NCBI RefSeq assembly: GCF_000142905.1
Contig: NW_013657642.1
Span: 66,135-130,134 of the forward strand
Source: Thecamonas trahens ATCC 50062
Lineage: Eukaryota > Protista > Apusomonadida
DNA length: 64,000 nucleotides
Direction: 5' to 3'
Made by a program: the position numbers and the translations under genes. Positions within the stretch are counted from its first letter, which is position 1, and every line of letters begins with the position of its first letter. The notes beneath the pieces are model-generated. The model searched no databases. It saw only the letters and a program-made list of their open reading frames with translations, and was not told the origin of the DNA. This document shows positions 41,251-53,003 of the stretch, in pieces.

Positions 41251-42359
41251 TTTGCTGCTCCCTATTCTCATTCCCGCCTGCATGTGAGTCTCCACCGCCC
41301 GCGGCGCGCTTTGGCTGCGCTTTCTGCATGAAGCAGAGCATGGTCAGAGAGATGTGTCTCGTCAAAGATATCAGATGTCCTCGTGTGTACTAGAGATAAT
41401 ATGATAGTCATCATCCCATGCTCTGCTCCGGGCCACCGCCGTCATCATGTCATGCCGGCGCTGTTCACGTACACTTTGCCGATCCTGTTCTCGCCACATG
41501 TCATCCGCATGCAAAGTGAGTCGTGCGTCGCACTGCTGCGTCTGCCGCCGCTGCCGCTCGCGAGGGCGAGAATGGACATAGGTCAGACAGTACCGTGTGT
41601 TCTTCTTAAACAGCGGTGCTCAATATTTTTTGTTCCGCGTTTCAGATGGAAACCTCTCAATGGTTATATTCCCTTTTGTGTAATCATTCCGATGTGCACG
41701 TCCTCGCCCGAGGACTGGTGGTGTGTGGGGGTGGGGGTGGGGGTGGGGGTGGGGTGGGCAGAGAAAGAAAAAACGTGCTGTGCTGTGCGCCAGTGGGTTG
41801 GCCACAAACACAAACAAATTGCTGCCCTCAATTGTAAACATACCTTATTGGACGGTCTTTGGACGCAGCAACAAGCGCACCACAAAGGGCTGCGTTGTCA
41901 GGAGCTGGATATTCAAACACGTAGTAGTGGGAGAGGTGGTGAGTGGGTTGCGCTGATGGGTGAAGAGGAGGGGGGAGGGGGGGAGGGGGGAGGGGGAGAG
42001 GGGGAGGGTGGGGAGGGTGGATGTGACCAAAGTTAAAAATCTTCGGTCGCCGCCAGAGGCGAGCCCACCCCCTCGCACCCCCCCCCCCTATCAAGCTCCC
42101 CCGTGGGCGGGAGAGGTGGCTAGATCAGAATACTCGGTCAAAGGTGTAATCATATGGTCACGCCTGTTAACTCGTGCCGTTGTCAGAAACACAGGTGAGT
42201 TTTGAGAGTTCATCATCTCAAGCCAAGAGCCCGCAAAGCGGGCCAAGGATATTGAGAATGATGCAAAAATGATTGACATACCGAATTGAAGGAATTGACC
42301 ACCGAATCCAGTGAAGGAGTCGAGTGGTGGCAAAACAAAAGTCAAACAGAAGCACAAAC

Positions 42360-42598
42360 CGTACCCGAAACCCGTTCGTTCGTCCAAACCCGTTCGTTCG
42401 TCCACGCGAAACCCGTTCCTTCAACCCGTTCCTTCAACCCCATCCCGTTCGATCAACCCGTTCGATCAACCCGCTCCTTCATCCCGTTTGATCAACCCGC
42501 TCCTTCAACCCGCTCCTTCATCCCGTCTGATCATCCCTTTCGTCCATACCGCTCCTTCATCCCACTCGTCCCACTCGTTCATCCCGTTCCCTGTTCGG
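42360..42598. repeat. Degenerate short tandem repeats ([A/T]CCCG[T/C]TC-based)
   Basis: ACCCGTTCGTTCGTCCA x2, then several AACCCG(T/C)TCCTTCA and ATCCCGT variants. Confidence 0.7.
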
Positions 42599-42629
42599 TG
42601 AGTCCGCCCGCCCACCACAACCCGCCCGC

Positions 42630-42631
<2 letters not shown>

Positions 42632-42717
<86 letters not shown>

Positions 42718-42915
42718 CTATATATATATATATCTATATATATATATGTACATATCTATATGTATATATATGTATCTATATATATATATATATGTATATA
42801 CGTGTATATATATGTCTATATATATATATGTATGTGTATATGTGTATATATGTATTTTTATATATGTATATATGTATGTATATATATATGTGTGTATATT
42901 TGTATATATCTATAT
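42632..42915. repeat. Imperfect (TA)n microsatellite
   Basis: About 280 nt of TA with TG/TC interruptions. Confidence 0.97.
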
Positions 42916-43015
42916 NNNNNNNNNNNNNNNNNNNNNNNNNNNNNNNNNNNNNNNNNNNNNNNNNNNNNNNNNNNNNNNNNNNNNNNNNNNNNNNNNNNNN
43001 NNNNNNNNNNNNNNN
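42916..43015. other. Assembly gap (100 N)
   Basis: Run of N. Confidence 1.
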
Positions 43016-43159
43016 CCCCCCCCAGCCCCGTCACCTTCCCGCCAGCCGCTCTCCCGCCGGGCGCCTGCCACTCACCACAGACCAACCTTCGGTGAACGTT
43101 CTTCCACGCACGCAGACGGCGGCACCCTCGACTCGAGCGCGCCGGCACTGGACCTGGAG

Positions 43160-46100
43160 ATGCCGCGGAGAAGCGGGCGACCGCCGCGACCAAGGGGTGC
43201 GGGAGGGCGCGGAGGTGGGAGCCGAGGCGGAGGCGCCGGCGGAGGAGGGCGGACCGACCGGCTGGCGGTGTACGCGATGAAGGGCGTGATCGGCAAGGGC
43301 TCGTTCGGCAAGGCCATGCTGTGCAAGCACGGCGGCGACGGGCGGCTGTATGTGGTCAAGGAGATCCAGGTCTCGAACCTCGACCGCAAGGAACGGCGCG
43401 AGGCCAAGAAAGAGGTGGCTGTCCTGGCGCAGATGAAGCACCCCAACATCATCGCCTACCGCGAGTCGTTCATTCAGGCCGGCTCGCTGTACATTGTCAT
43501 GGACTACGCAGACGGCGGCGACCTGTACAAGCGAATCAAGGCCCAGCGCGGCGTCCACTTTGCCGAGTCGCAGGTCCTCGACTGGTTTGTCCAGATCTGC
43601 CTCGCCATGAAGCACGTCCACGACCGCAAGGTCTTCCACCGCGACCTCAAGACCGCCAACATCTTCCTCACCTCGAACAACATGGTCAAGCTCGGTGACT
43701 TTGGCATCGCAAAGGTGCTCGACTCGACCCAGGAGCTCGCCTCCACAGCCATCGGCACTCCGTACTACCTCTCGCCCGAGATTTGCGAGAACAAGCCGTA
43801 TGACAACAAGTCGGACGTGTGGTCCATGGGTGTTGTCCTCTACGAGATGCTCACCCTCAAGCACCCGTTTGACTCGAAGAACATGCACGGTCTCGTCCTC
43901 AAGATCATGCGCGGCATCTACCCGCCCATCCCCTCATACTACTCGACCGACATGGTCGACCTGGTCGACGCCTGCCTCCAGCGAAACCCGCGGAAGCGCC
44001 CATCGGTCGAGGAGATTCTGCAGCGGCCCTTTGTCCGCCGCCGCATTGACTCGTTCCTCTCAGAGACCATCAAGCGCTCCGAGTTCTCCCACACTGTCCT
44101 CCACGGCGCCAAGCTCCACGACGGTCCAGCCGCCGCCCGCGCCATCGACGCTCCGCCGCCGCAGCCCGCACCCGCCGCCTATGTCAACAAAGCTGCCGCA
44201 GACCGCGGCCGCAGCGCCGACTCGGCCCGCCAGCGCGAGGTCCAGCGCAAGGCCGACATGCTCTCGGCCCTCGCCCAGCAGCGCCAGAACGAGGCCCGCA
44301 TGCACGAGTACCACGAGCGCATGCGCAAGGCCCAGGCCAACCGCCAGCGCATCGAGGCCCAGCTCCGCTCAGAGCCGCAGGCCAAGCGCAAGCCGCGCAA
44401 GTCCTCTGCGCCTGCAGCCCCGGGCGAGCCGCGTCGCCCGCCGCCAAAGTCGCGCGTGGCTTCGGCCGCCGACGCCGACGCCGCCGCTGCTGCTGCTGCT
44501 CGTGCCGCCGCCCGCCGCGAGTCAGAGCGCCGCGCCAAGCTCCGCGCCATCCGCCGCCGCAAGTACCTCGAGCAGAAGCGTGCCTCGGAGCGCAACCGTA
44601 AGATGGCCGAGGTCCAGCTCGGCCGCTCGCACGGCTCGCCAGGCGGCTCGCCGTCAGCCACCTCGATTGTTGCACCTCCAGCTCGGGCTTCAGACTCCGA
44701 ATCGGAACCGCCGTCAGAGTCTGAGGCGTCGGCCGACACCAACGACGACAACGACAACCACGCCTCTCCGAGTCCGAGCCCAAGCCCGCGCCTTGACGAC
44801 AACGCACCCGCGTACGAGCTCGAGCCTGGGCCCGGCCCGGGCACTATATGGCGGAACGAGATGGAGGCCGAGATGGACGCGCTCATGGCCGCCAACCGCG
44901 AGCGCATGGCTGAACGCAGGCCAACTGCGCCACCCGCCCGCCAGCACCTCAACCGCAAGCGGAGCGGGCACGACTCGGGCTCCGGCTCGGCCTCGTCGCG
45001 CAGGTCGTCAGCCGACCGCGCCCACCGCGAGGAGAAGCTCCGCCGGATGCGCGCCCAAGCCGAGCGGGCCAACGCTGCACACGCCCGTGACAAGCGCCGG
45101 GTCGAGGCTGCGCCGCGCTCCAAGCGCGCCCAGCTCAAGGCAGAAAAGATGCGCATTGCCGAGGAGCGCGCCATTGCCAACCGCCAGCGCAAGGAAGAGT
45201 TTGAGCGGAAGCGCGCCGAGAAGCTCGCTGCCCGCCAGCGCGAGCAGCGCGAGCACAAGGAGCGGTTGCGACGGATCAAGGCCAAGAAGAACGCCGCCGC
45301 GCCCATCCGCAAGTTTCTTCCGCCCAAGTCGCAGCGCGTGAGCTCGGACACGTCGTCGGCCGACGTCGTCGTCGCCGCACGCAGGCCTTCAGCTCGTGCC
45401 CGCGGTGCAGGCCCGCTCCCGCAGCGCGATGCCGATGCCGCCGCACGCGCCTCGGCCGCAGCAGCCGACAAGAAGAAGAAGCAGGCCGACGTCCGCGCCT
45501 TTGTCCGCGAGCAGCGTCGCAAGGCAATGCTTGCCAAGAAGAAGGAGGCTGCCGCTGCAGCAGCCGGCGGCGGCAGCGGCCTCGACATTGTCTGGATGTC
45601 GCCGACCCAGCACTCGCTCGCAGAAAACGGCGAGTCAGATGACGACCGTAACTCGCCGCCGCCTACCCTGCCGCCGTCGCGCGTCGCTGCCCTGAAGATC
45701 CCGGACGACGGCGACGAGAGCACAGACTCGGAGCTCCTTACCCCGACCGCCATCGCCGCTGCTGACGACGACGACGCCAAGCATGAGCGTGAGGAGCGCG
45801 ACAACGCCGACTTGGTCGCCCTCATGGGCATTCTCCAGGGCAACGAGCCCGAGCCGGCCGCCGACGATGTGGTTGTTGTCATTGATGACGACGACGACGA
45901 CGACGATGATGATGATGATGACGACGATGCTCCAGCATTCGAGGTCGAGCCCGATGACGACGACGTCAGTGCCGGGTCGGGCGACGGGTTGTACGATGGC
46001 CCGGCACAGCCGGTCACTGCCACAACGTCGGTCATCAAAGCGCGCAAGTCGCAGCGGAAGCAGTCTCAGCGGCGCGTCTCGCAGGCGGCGCTGGCGTCGG

Positions 46101-46741
46101 CAGACGCGGCTCTGCCGTCGGTGCCGCGGGCACCGAGCCTCGGCAAGACCGGAGAGCTCGACGCCACCGATCGAGCCTCGATTTACTCGCGGGTCGAGTC
46201 GCTCCGGGTGTTTCTGGAGAAGGAGCTGGGCGTGGACCTCTTTGTCTCGGTCTACTGCCTCCTTCGCGGCGTCAACGAGCGGACCGATGACGTGGCGCTT
46301 GCCCAGACGCTCGGCAAGCAGCTCGGCCCGTCCAAGATGCACTTTCTCACCGTCATTAACCAGCTCATCCACTGCGAGGATGTGTACTTTGAGCCGCTGA
46401 CCGGCGAGACTGGCGCCGCGCCTGCTCCTATCGACGACTCGGTCGACCACCCCAGCACTGCTTCTGCCGGCTCACTCTCATCGTCACAGGCCTCGATTGC
46501 CACCGATGCCACCGCCACCGATGCCACCGATGCCACCGCCACCGATGCCACTGATGCCACCTCGGTCTCAAGCGCCGACTCGGCTGTCCGTCGCCGCCGC
46601 CGCCGCCGTCGCAAGGACAAGGACAAGGACAAGGACAAGGGGAAGAGGAAGAGGAAGGACAAAGACAAGGGGAAAGACAAGGACAAGGACAAGGACAAGG
46701 ACAAGCGCAAGCGCAAGCGCAAGGACAAGGACAAGGAGTAG
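43160..46741 (+). CDS. NIMA-related kinase, NEK1-like
   Basis: [42 protein letters not shown]; coiled-coil middle; C-terminal [19 protein letters not shown]...QLIHCED as in NEK1-family tails. Confidence 0.92.
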   Translation: MPRRSGRPPRPRGAGGRGGGSRGGGAGGGGRTDRLAVYAMKGVIGKGSFGKAMLCKHGGDGRLYVVKEIQVSNLDRKERREAKKEVAVLAQMKHPNIIAYRESFIQAGSLYIVMDYADGGDLYKRIKAQRGVHFAESQVLDWFVQICLAMKHVHDRKVFHRDLKTANIFLTSNNMVKLGDFGIAKVLDSTQELASTAIGTPYYLSPEICENKPYDNKSDVWSMGVVLYEMLTLKHPFDSKNMHGLVLKIMRGIYPPIPSYYSTDMVDLVDACLQRNPRKRPSVEEILQRPFVRRRIDSFLSETIKRSEFSHTVLHGAKLHDGPAAARAIDAPPPQPAPAAYVNKAAADRGRSADSARQREVQRKADMLSALAQQRQNEARMHEYHERMRKAQANRQRIEAQLRSEPQAKRKPRKSSAPAAPGEPRRPPPKSRVASAADADAAAAAAARAAARRESERRAKLRAIRRRKYLEQKRASERNRKMAEVQLGRSHGSPGGSPSATSIVAPPARASDSESEPPSESEASADTNDDNDNHASPSPSPSPRLDDNAPAYELEPGPGPGTIWRNEMEAEMDALMAANRERMAERRPTAPPARQHLNRKRSGHDSGSGSASSRRSSADRAHREEKLRRMRAQAERANAAHARDKRRVEAAPRSKRAQLKAEKMRIAEERAIANRQRKEEFERKRAEKLAARQREQREHKERLRRIKAKKNAAAPIRKFLPPKSQRVSSDTSSADVVVAARRPSARARGAGPLPQRDADAAARASAAAADKKKKQADVRAFVREQRRKAMLAKKKEAAAAAAGGGSGLDIVWMSPTQHSLAENGESDDDRNSPPPTLPPSRVAALKIPDDGDESTDSELLTPTAIAAADDDDAKHEREERDNADLVALMGILQGNEPEPAADDVVVVIDDDDDDDDDDDDDDDAPAFEVEPDDDDVSAGSGDGLYDGPAQPVTATTSVIKARKSQRKQSQRRVSQAALASADAALPSVPRAPSLGKTGELDATDRASIYSRVESLRVFLEKELGVDLFVSVYCLLRGVNERTDDVALAQTLGKQLGPSKMHFLTVINQLIHCEDVYFEPLTGETGAAPAPIDDSVDHPSTASAGSLSSSQASIATDATATDATDATATDATDATSVSSADSAVRRRRRRRRKDKDKDKDKGKRKRKDKDKGKDKDKDKDKDKRKRKRKDKDKE

Positions 46742-46988
46742 CCCTCCCCTCTCCCCTCTCCTCTATCCATCCATCCATCCATCACCTCCCCCCCCCCCCC
46801 CCAACCACCAAATCCACCTAAACCCCGGTCAGTGTTGCCCCTCTCCCTGCAACTCACCTCAGCCACAGGCAACCACCGCACCCACTGCAGACAGACACCA
46901 CCACACCACCACACGCCATACCACCACACCACAGCCACCCATACACACACACCACAACCACACACACAACCGCACATATACGCGCCTC

Positions 46989-47924
46989 ATGACCAGCGCA
47001 CGCGCAGTCGAGGTCTTCGGGTACGCGGCGGTGTCGACGGTGGCCACCGGCCTGGGCGCCGTCCCCTTCTTCCTCCTCGATAGCTCACGCAGCCTGCCGC
47101 GTCTGGCCACCGCATCGGCCAATGCCGCCGCCGCAGGCCTCATGCTTGGTGCTTCAGCTCTCATGGCTGTCGAGGCCTGGGACGTCTCGCCGCTCGCCCT
47201 GCTGCTCGGTCTCGTCGCAGGCATCGCCTTTGTCGCCGCATCGCGCGCCGTCCTCGACTGGATCGGCCTTGGCGATCCGCTCGATCTCGCTGCGCCGCCG
47301 CCCGCTGCGCCGGCTGCCGCCGCTGGCTCGGCTGAGACCCGCCAGAGTGGTGGTGCCCGGGAAGGCGGGGCGGGGCTGCGGGCACGCAAGGGCGGCGAAC
47401 CTGTGGCGGCCGGCCAGCCAAAGACGGCGAGCGAGGCAGGCACCGGGCAGAGGGGCAACAGATCGCGGATGCTGCTGTTTGTCCTTGTCTTTACCCTCCA
47501 CTCGTTCACCGAGGGCGTGGGCCTCGGCGTCTCGTTTGGCGGCTCGGTCGGACTCGGCCCGTTCATGTCGCTCGCCATCGCCCTGCACAACGTGCCCGAG
47601 GGCCTGGCCATTGCGCTCGTCATGGTCCAACAGGGCAAGAGCGCGCTTGAGGCCATGGCATGGGCCATCTTTTCTTCCGTTCCTCAAGCGGTAATGGCTC
47701 TGCCGGCCTTTGTCTTTGTTGACGCCTTTGCGCCGGTGCTGCCGGTTGGCCTCGGCCTCGCCGCCGGCGCCATGGTCATGATGTGCTGGACCGAGCTCCT
47801 GCCCGAAGCCTGGGACGAGGTGCGTGGGCGGGGCGAGCAGGCCCTGCTGCTAGCCATCATCGTGGTCGCGCTCGGGGCGACATCGGGCTTTGAGGTCATG
47901 CTCCACCCGCCGCCGCCGCCGTAA
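46989..47924 (+). CDS. ZIP-family (ZupT/GufA-type) metal transporter
   Basis: ATGLGAVPF; TLHSFTEGVGLG; AIALHNVPEGLA; GLAAGAM...ELLPEA. Confidence 0.92.
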   Translation: MTSARAVEVFGYAAVSTVATGLGAVPFFLLDSSRSLPRLATASANAAAAGLMLGASALMAVEAWDVSPLALLLGLVAGIAFVAASRAVLDWIGLGDPLDLAAPPPAAPAAAAGSAETRQSGGAREGGAGLRARKGGEPVAAGQPKTASEAGTGQRGNRSRMLLFVLVFTLHSFTEGVGLGVSFGGSVGLGPFMSLAIALHNVPEGLAIALVMVQQGKSALEAMAWAIFSSVPQAVMALPAFVFVDAFAPVLPVGLGLAAGAMVMMCWTELLPEAWDEVRGRGEQALLLAIIVVALGATSGFEVMLHPPPPP

Positions 47925-47928
47925 CCGG

Positions 47929-49386
47929 CTACAACCGCTCGAGCAGCGAGGCCGGTGGCGGAGCCGGGCCGGTCGGCGGCGGCAGCGCCGGCGACGCGTG
48001 CTGGGCCGACGACGTCGTCGACGAGTACGGCGACGGCGGCGGTGTCATGATCTTGACCTTGACGTCTTCGGCAAACTTGACCTTGCGGTCGGGGCCTGAG
48101 TTGGCACGCGGCCGCGGCGGTGCAAAGTAGTTTTCGGCGTTGTACCGCGTGTTGACCTCGGTGGCCCGCTCGCGGATGGCGAGCCGCATGAACTCGTCCT
48201 TGGATGGCGAGACGAGGCCTGGCGCCGACCCGGGCCGCTCAGTGCGGTCCGGGCGCGGGAGCCGGACATACTCGCGCGGACGCAGCGGCGTCTCACGCCG
48301 AAGCCGGAGTACAATGAACAGCGTGCCAAAGCCGAGGAGGAGCGCCGCAAAGGTGACCGCAAGCACTGCATACAGCACGTCGCTGAGATGGTGCGACGTC
48401 CGGAGCCGGGTCGGCGTCCGCCCCGACGGCGGCGGTGGCGGCGCGGGCACGTGCGGAACGACAGGCGTCGGCGGCGGATGCAGCGGCGGCGCCGGCGGCG
48501 AGACACTCGGCGGTGGCGGCGGCGGGAACAGACTGCGCCCGCACACGCCCTGCGGGAGGCACTCAAAGCACCCGGCCAGATTGCCCGCACAGTCATCCGA
48601 CGACTGGCACGGCGTCGAGCACTCGCATCCGCGCACCGCGCACGCGTTTCCGCCGCACCCACTCTGGCACAGCAACGCCGGGTTGTGCGATGCGTCGCAC
48701 GCCAAGGCCCCGCCTGAGCATGCCATCCAATCGGGCGTCTCGCCGTCGAGCTTGTTATAGGCCACATCAAGGTCGACAAGTGGAAGCTGCGAGAGATCTG
48801 GCACTGAGCCGGTAAGCTTGTTGTGAGCGAGCCAGAGCTTGGAGAGGCTGACCAGGCCAGCAAAGGCCTGTGGAATGGGCCCGGCCAGCGCGTTGTCCGA
48901 CAAGTCTAGCACGTTGAGCGCCTCGAGCGATCCGCCGATGCCCGGGGGAATGCTTCCATCCAGCGCATTGCTCGACAGATTGAGTGTGACCAGCGACTGA
49001 AGAGCGCCGAGTTTGCTCGGCAGCTGACCCACCAGGTTGTTCCCCGCCAACTCGAGCGCCACCACGTTCTCGTTCCCGTCACACACCACGCCCGTCCACC
49101 CGTCACAGAACTTGACCGCCAGCGGTTTGGACCATCCGTCCGCCACCCGCCACTTCTTCCCTCCTGTTGCATCGTACAGTGCCTTGAGCGCATCCAGCTG
49201 TGCGGGGGGGGGGGTGAGTAGGTGGGGAGGGGATGGCGGGGGGGGAGGTGGTCGGAAAAGGGTCGTAGATGGCGCCGGGCGTACCTGCACGTTTCCGGCC
49301 GAGGGGAGGGCGAGGGCAAGGAGAAGGAAACAGATGAGAGCAAGGTAGTGGTAGCGGGGGCACCAGTACGTGAGTTGTCTCCCCAT
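47929..49386 (-). CDS. Plant-type extracellular LRR receptor-like single-pass protein without a kinase; likely in-frame intron 49198-49284
   Basis: Signal peptide; N-cap LDALKALYDATGG..W...CDGWTGVVC; LxLxxNxLxGxIP repeats; Cys-rich and Pro-rich stalk; TM VLYAVLAV...FIVL; Pro-rich tail. Confidence 0.88.
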   Translation of the reverse strand: MGRQLTYWCPRYHYLALICFLLLALALPSAGNVQVRPAPSTTLFRPPPPPPSPPHLLTPPPAQLDALKALYDATGGKKWRVADGWSKPLAVKFCDGWTGVVCDGNENVVALELAGNNLVGQLPSKLGALQSLVTLNLSSNALDGSIPPGIGGSLEALNVLDLSDNALAGPIPQAFAGLVSLSKLWLAHNKLTGSVPDLSQLPLVDLDVAYNKLDGETPDWMACSGGALACDASHNPALLCQSGCGGNACAVRGCECSTPCQSSDDCAGNLAGCFECLPQGVCGRSLFPPPPPPSVSPPAPPLHPPPTPVVPHVPAPPPPPSGRTPTRLRTSHHLSDVLYAVLAVTFAALLLGFGTLFIVLRLRRETPLRPREYVRLPRPDRTERPGSAPGLVSPSKDEFMRLAIRERATEVNTRYNAENYFAPPRPRANSGPDRKVKFAEDVKVKIMTPPPSPYSSTTSSAQHASPALPPPTGPAPPPASLLERL

Positions 49387-49796
49387 GTTGGGGTGTTTGG
49401 ATGAGAGAGGGGTGGGGGGTGGGTGGGGTTGTTGTGGTGGCCGTGGTGGTGGTGGTGGCTATGGGCAGAGGGGGGGGGGAAGGGGGGCATGGCGTGTGAT
49501 CCGTCCTGCACGTGTGACTTGTGGACTTGTGTTGTGGGCGAGTGGGGCTGACCCCGGGGGAGGAGGGAGGGGGGAGGGGGAGGGGGGGGGGGAATCGGCT
49601 TGCAGAGGCAGTAGACGGGTGATCCGAGGTCATGTCTTTATATCTGATCTTCTTGGTTGGCACGTAGGTAAGGGGATGAGGGAAGGAGGGTAAGGACATG
49701 GGAGAAAAGGTGCGAGCATGATCTCGCATGATCGCCAAAATGGTGCCTCGTGCTTAGTATGGCACAGTCTAACGGATGAGCACAAGGCAGCAAACA

Positions 49797-51669
49797 TCAA
49801 GCAAACACACATCGAGGGGTCAACGCTTCAGCAAAACGCATGGGTGAGCAGGAAGTCAGAGTATTACGAGATCTACGCAACGGATCACGAGTCCGAGTCC
49901 GAGTCCGAGTCATCAGACTCGGAGAGGGTCGACTCTGACGTAGAGTCGGAGATGGGGTCCGAGTCCGAGCCGAGGCCGAGGCGGTCGCCGACGGTGGAGC
50001 GGGCGAGCTTGGAAAAGAGGTGCCGAACGACTTGACCAGTAGCTTGTTGAGCTCGATGTAGTAGTCCATGATGAGACCGAGGCCACGGAGCCTGCCGGTG
50101 TCGAGGGTGTCGACACGGCGGAAGGCCTGGATGGAGAGGGCGCGACGAAAGTCGGTGTTGGGCGTCTGCGGGCCGTAGTCGTAGTACGCCAGCATCTCAG
50201 TGAACGAGATGGCGCCGTCGCGGTTGGTGTCCATGCGCTTGAGCATCTTACGGAACTTGGGGTCGTGGATCTCGAGGATGGCGCGCGGGAGCAGGAGGCG
50301 GCGCTTGGCGCGGAGGTAGGTGAGGTAGTCAACAGCCTGCTGGACGGCGTCCTGGATCTTGCGCGCGGCCTTTTTGATGAGGCGTGCCTCGTCGGCCTGC
50401 GAGTGCTCGCCGGCGAGCGAGAGCTTGCCGGTTAGCAAGGCCTCCAGCTTGACCATGAGCTTGTCGCGGTGGCGGTTGAGCCGGGCGATGAACCCGTCGA
50501 GCATTGCGATCTTGTCCTTGTTCACGCCCTGCGGATGCAGCGAGTGCCGTGCGTAGAACGAGTCGACTTCCTTGCGGTAGAACGTCTCAGACTTGACCGC
50601 GCCGCGCGGCACCTTGACGGCCTCGATATAGAACGGCGGGATGGGCTCGGTGTCACGCACTGCGGTCTTGGCCTCCTTACGGCGGCGCTTGACTGCGGCT
50701 GCGCGCTCGGCCGCGTCAGCGCCGTCAACACCGTCGTCGGTCGACACAGACACTTCCTCGGCCTTGCGCTTGTCCTTGGATGACTTTTTGCCCTTGGACG
50801 ACTTCTTGGACTTGAACTCGGGATCAGCCGACGACGATGTTGGCTCGTCCGCATCGGAAGTATCCTTGTGCTTCTTGTGCTTCTTCTTGCCCTTGTCCTT
50901 GGATGACTTCTTGCCCTTGGACGACTTCTTGGACTTGAACTCGGGATCCACCGACGACGATGTCGGCTCGTCCGCATCGGAAGTATCCTTGTGCTTCTTG
51001 TGCTTCTTGTGCTTCTTCTTGCCCTTGTCCTTGGATGACTTCTTGCCCTTGGACGACTTCTTGGACTTGAACTCGGGATCCGCCGACGACGATGTTGGCT
51101 CGTCCGCATCGGAAGTATCCTTGTGCTTCTTGTGCTTCTTCTTGCCCTTGTCCTTGGATGACTTCTTGCCCTTGGACGACTTCTTGGACTTGAACTCGGG
51201 ATCCACCGACGACGATGTCGGCTCGTCCGCATCGGAAGTATCCTTGTGCTTCTTGTGCTTCTTGTGCTTCTTCTTGCCCTTGTCCTTGGATGACTTCTTG
51301 TCCTTGGACGATTTCTTCTTGTCCTTGGACTTCTTCTTGCCCTTGGACGACTTCTTGGCCTTAAACTCGGGTTCGTCCGACGACGACGTCGGCCCATCGG
51401 CATCAGATGCATCCTTCCCCTTGTGCTTCTTGCCCTTGCCCTTGTGCTTCTTCCCCTTGTCCTTCTCCCCCTTCCCCCCCTTGTGCTCCTTCCCCTTTTC
51501 CTTGTTCCCCTTGTCCTCGTCCTACATCCCCTCCTCCCGTCAGTCTAACGGACACCACCACACCACCACCACCACCACCACCACCACCACCACCACCACC
51601 ACCACCACCACTGCCCCATACCCCCACCCCTTTCCATACCTTGCTCTTCTTCTTGCTCTTCTTCGCCAT
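49797..51669 (-). CDS. Lys-rich tandem-repeat protein with C-terminal EF-hand; intron 51522-51639
   Basis: MAKKSKKKSK|DEDKG...; 41/44-aa repeats; EF-hand DTNRDGAISFTE. The 3' end may be frameshifted (alternative stop at 49885). Confidence 0.75.
50765..51410 (-). repeat. Coding tandem repeat with 123/132/123/171-bp periods
   Basis: GAACTCGGGATC anchor recurs at 50814, 50937, 51069 and 51192, with a degenerate copy at about 51363. Confidence 0.92.
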
Positions 51670-51884
51670 GACTACCCAGGTCAAAGTCAAGTACCCCCCC
51701 TTCCTACCCCCCCCCCCCCCCCCCCCTCCCCCTCCCCTCACTGCCCCTCCCCTCACTGCCCCCTCTAACTCAACCCGTAACGGCCACTCTGCCGCAGCCA
51801 CCCCACACCACCCACCCACCACCCACCCACCCCACCCCACCCCACCCCACCCCACCCCACCCCACCCCACCCCATCCATTAGTC

Positions 51885-53003
51885 ATGCCGGATCCGGAGA
51901 GATTGCTCCGTTGGCGCAATGATGAGATTGCTAGGTTGAGGGCTGAGAATGGTCGGTTGGAGGCCTTGGTGGCAGACTCGAGGAGGGCTCTCATCAAGGC
52001 AGAGCTCGCTGCTAAGCATCGTCATCGTCATCATCGTCATTCATCAGATCAGATCGAGCTGCTTGAGATGAAGGACTCGCTGGCTGTCGTCGCTGCCGAG
52101 CGGGATCGTGCAAGAGCCGAGCACGATGATGCAAAGGCTCGGGAAGATGCTGCCCGCCGTGACGCAAAGGCTCTTTACGCTGCCCTCGCTGCCAAGATCA
52201 AGCTGCTCCCGCGTGGGACGTCCGATCGTGACGCCATGGAGATGATGCAGGCGTTGGGTGCTGCTGCGGCTGCGGCGGCTGATGCAGAAGCGAGGGCAGA
52301 GGCTGCAGAGCGCGAGCTGGCCGAGCTGGCCGCGGCTGCCGGCGATCTGCACGACTCGGCCGCCGAGCTCGCTGCCCGCAACTCGGAGCTGGAAGCCGAG
52401 ATGGTGGTCTTGCGCTCGCGCGATGCCGCCCATGACAACGAACTCGCCGCCGCCCAGACCGAGGCCGAGGCGCTTCGCAACTATGCACAGGCTCGTCACT
52501 CCGAGTCGGCCCTCCTTGCTGACCAGCTCCACTCGCTCACTGCCGAGCATGCCGATCTGGAGGCCTCGTTTGCTGACGACGAAATGACCCTTGAGCTCAT
52601 CACTACACGCTACGCTGCCGCTCTCGAGATTAATCAGGCACTCGAAAACGAGGTTTCAAAGCTCACCCAGCTCTCCGACGCCGCCGCCGCCGCCGAGCGC
52701 ATTGCCGCTCTTGAGGCCGAGCTTGCCGCCGCCCGCCAGGCCGCCGCCGATGCCGAGGAGCGCACCGCTGCCGCCATTCCACCGGCTCAGCTGGTCGCCG
52801 AGCGCGATGCCGCGGTGCGCAAGGCCGCCGCGGCTTCGACCTCGCTCGCCAAGCTGCAGACCGCATACCTGGCCTCACGCCGCGACCTCGGCGCTGCCCG
52901 CGACGAGCTCACCCAGCTCAAGCGGACAGTCCAAATGCTCGAGGTGGACGCTTCGCGCTCGCTCCGCCTCTCACGGCGCGACGAGCCGCAGGCTCAGAGC
53001 TGA
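51885..53003 (+). CDS. Coiled-coil hypothetical protein
   Basis: 372-aa Ala/Glu-rich heptad pattern. Confidence 0.7.
   Translation: MPDPERLLRWRNDEIARLRAENGRLEALVADSRRALIKAELAAKHRHRHHRHSSDQIELLEMKDSLAVVAAERDRARAEHDDAKAREDAARRDAKALYAALAAKIKLLPRGTSDRDAMEMMQALGAAAAAAADAEARAEAAERELAELAAAAGDLHDSAAELAARNSELEAEMVVLRSRDAAHDNELAAAQTEAEALRNYAQARHSESALLADQLHSLTAEHADLEASFADDEMTLELITTRYAAALEINQALENEVSKLTQLSDAAAAAERIAALEAELAAARQAAADAEERTAAAIPPAQLVAERDAAVRKAAAASTSLAKLQTAYLASRRDLGAARDELTQLKRTVQMLEVDASRSLRLSRRDEPQAQS

Noticed and set aside
42286-43159. ORFs with YIYI repeats crossing the gap
   Set aside because: Translations of the (TA)n microsatellite and Ns
43695-46047. Long overlapping and antisense ORFs (here and throughout, e.g. 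15050-16693, 10406-11695, 57282-58448)
   Set aside because: Expected shadow frames of high-GC3 coding sequence; low-complexity R/S/P/A products without motifs
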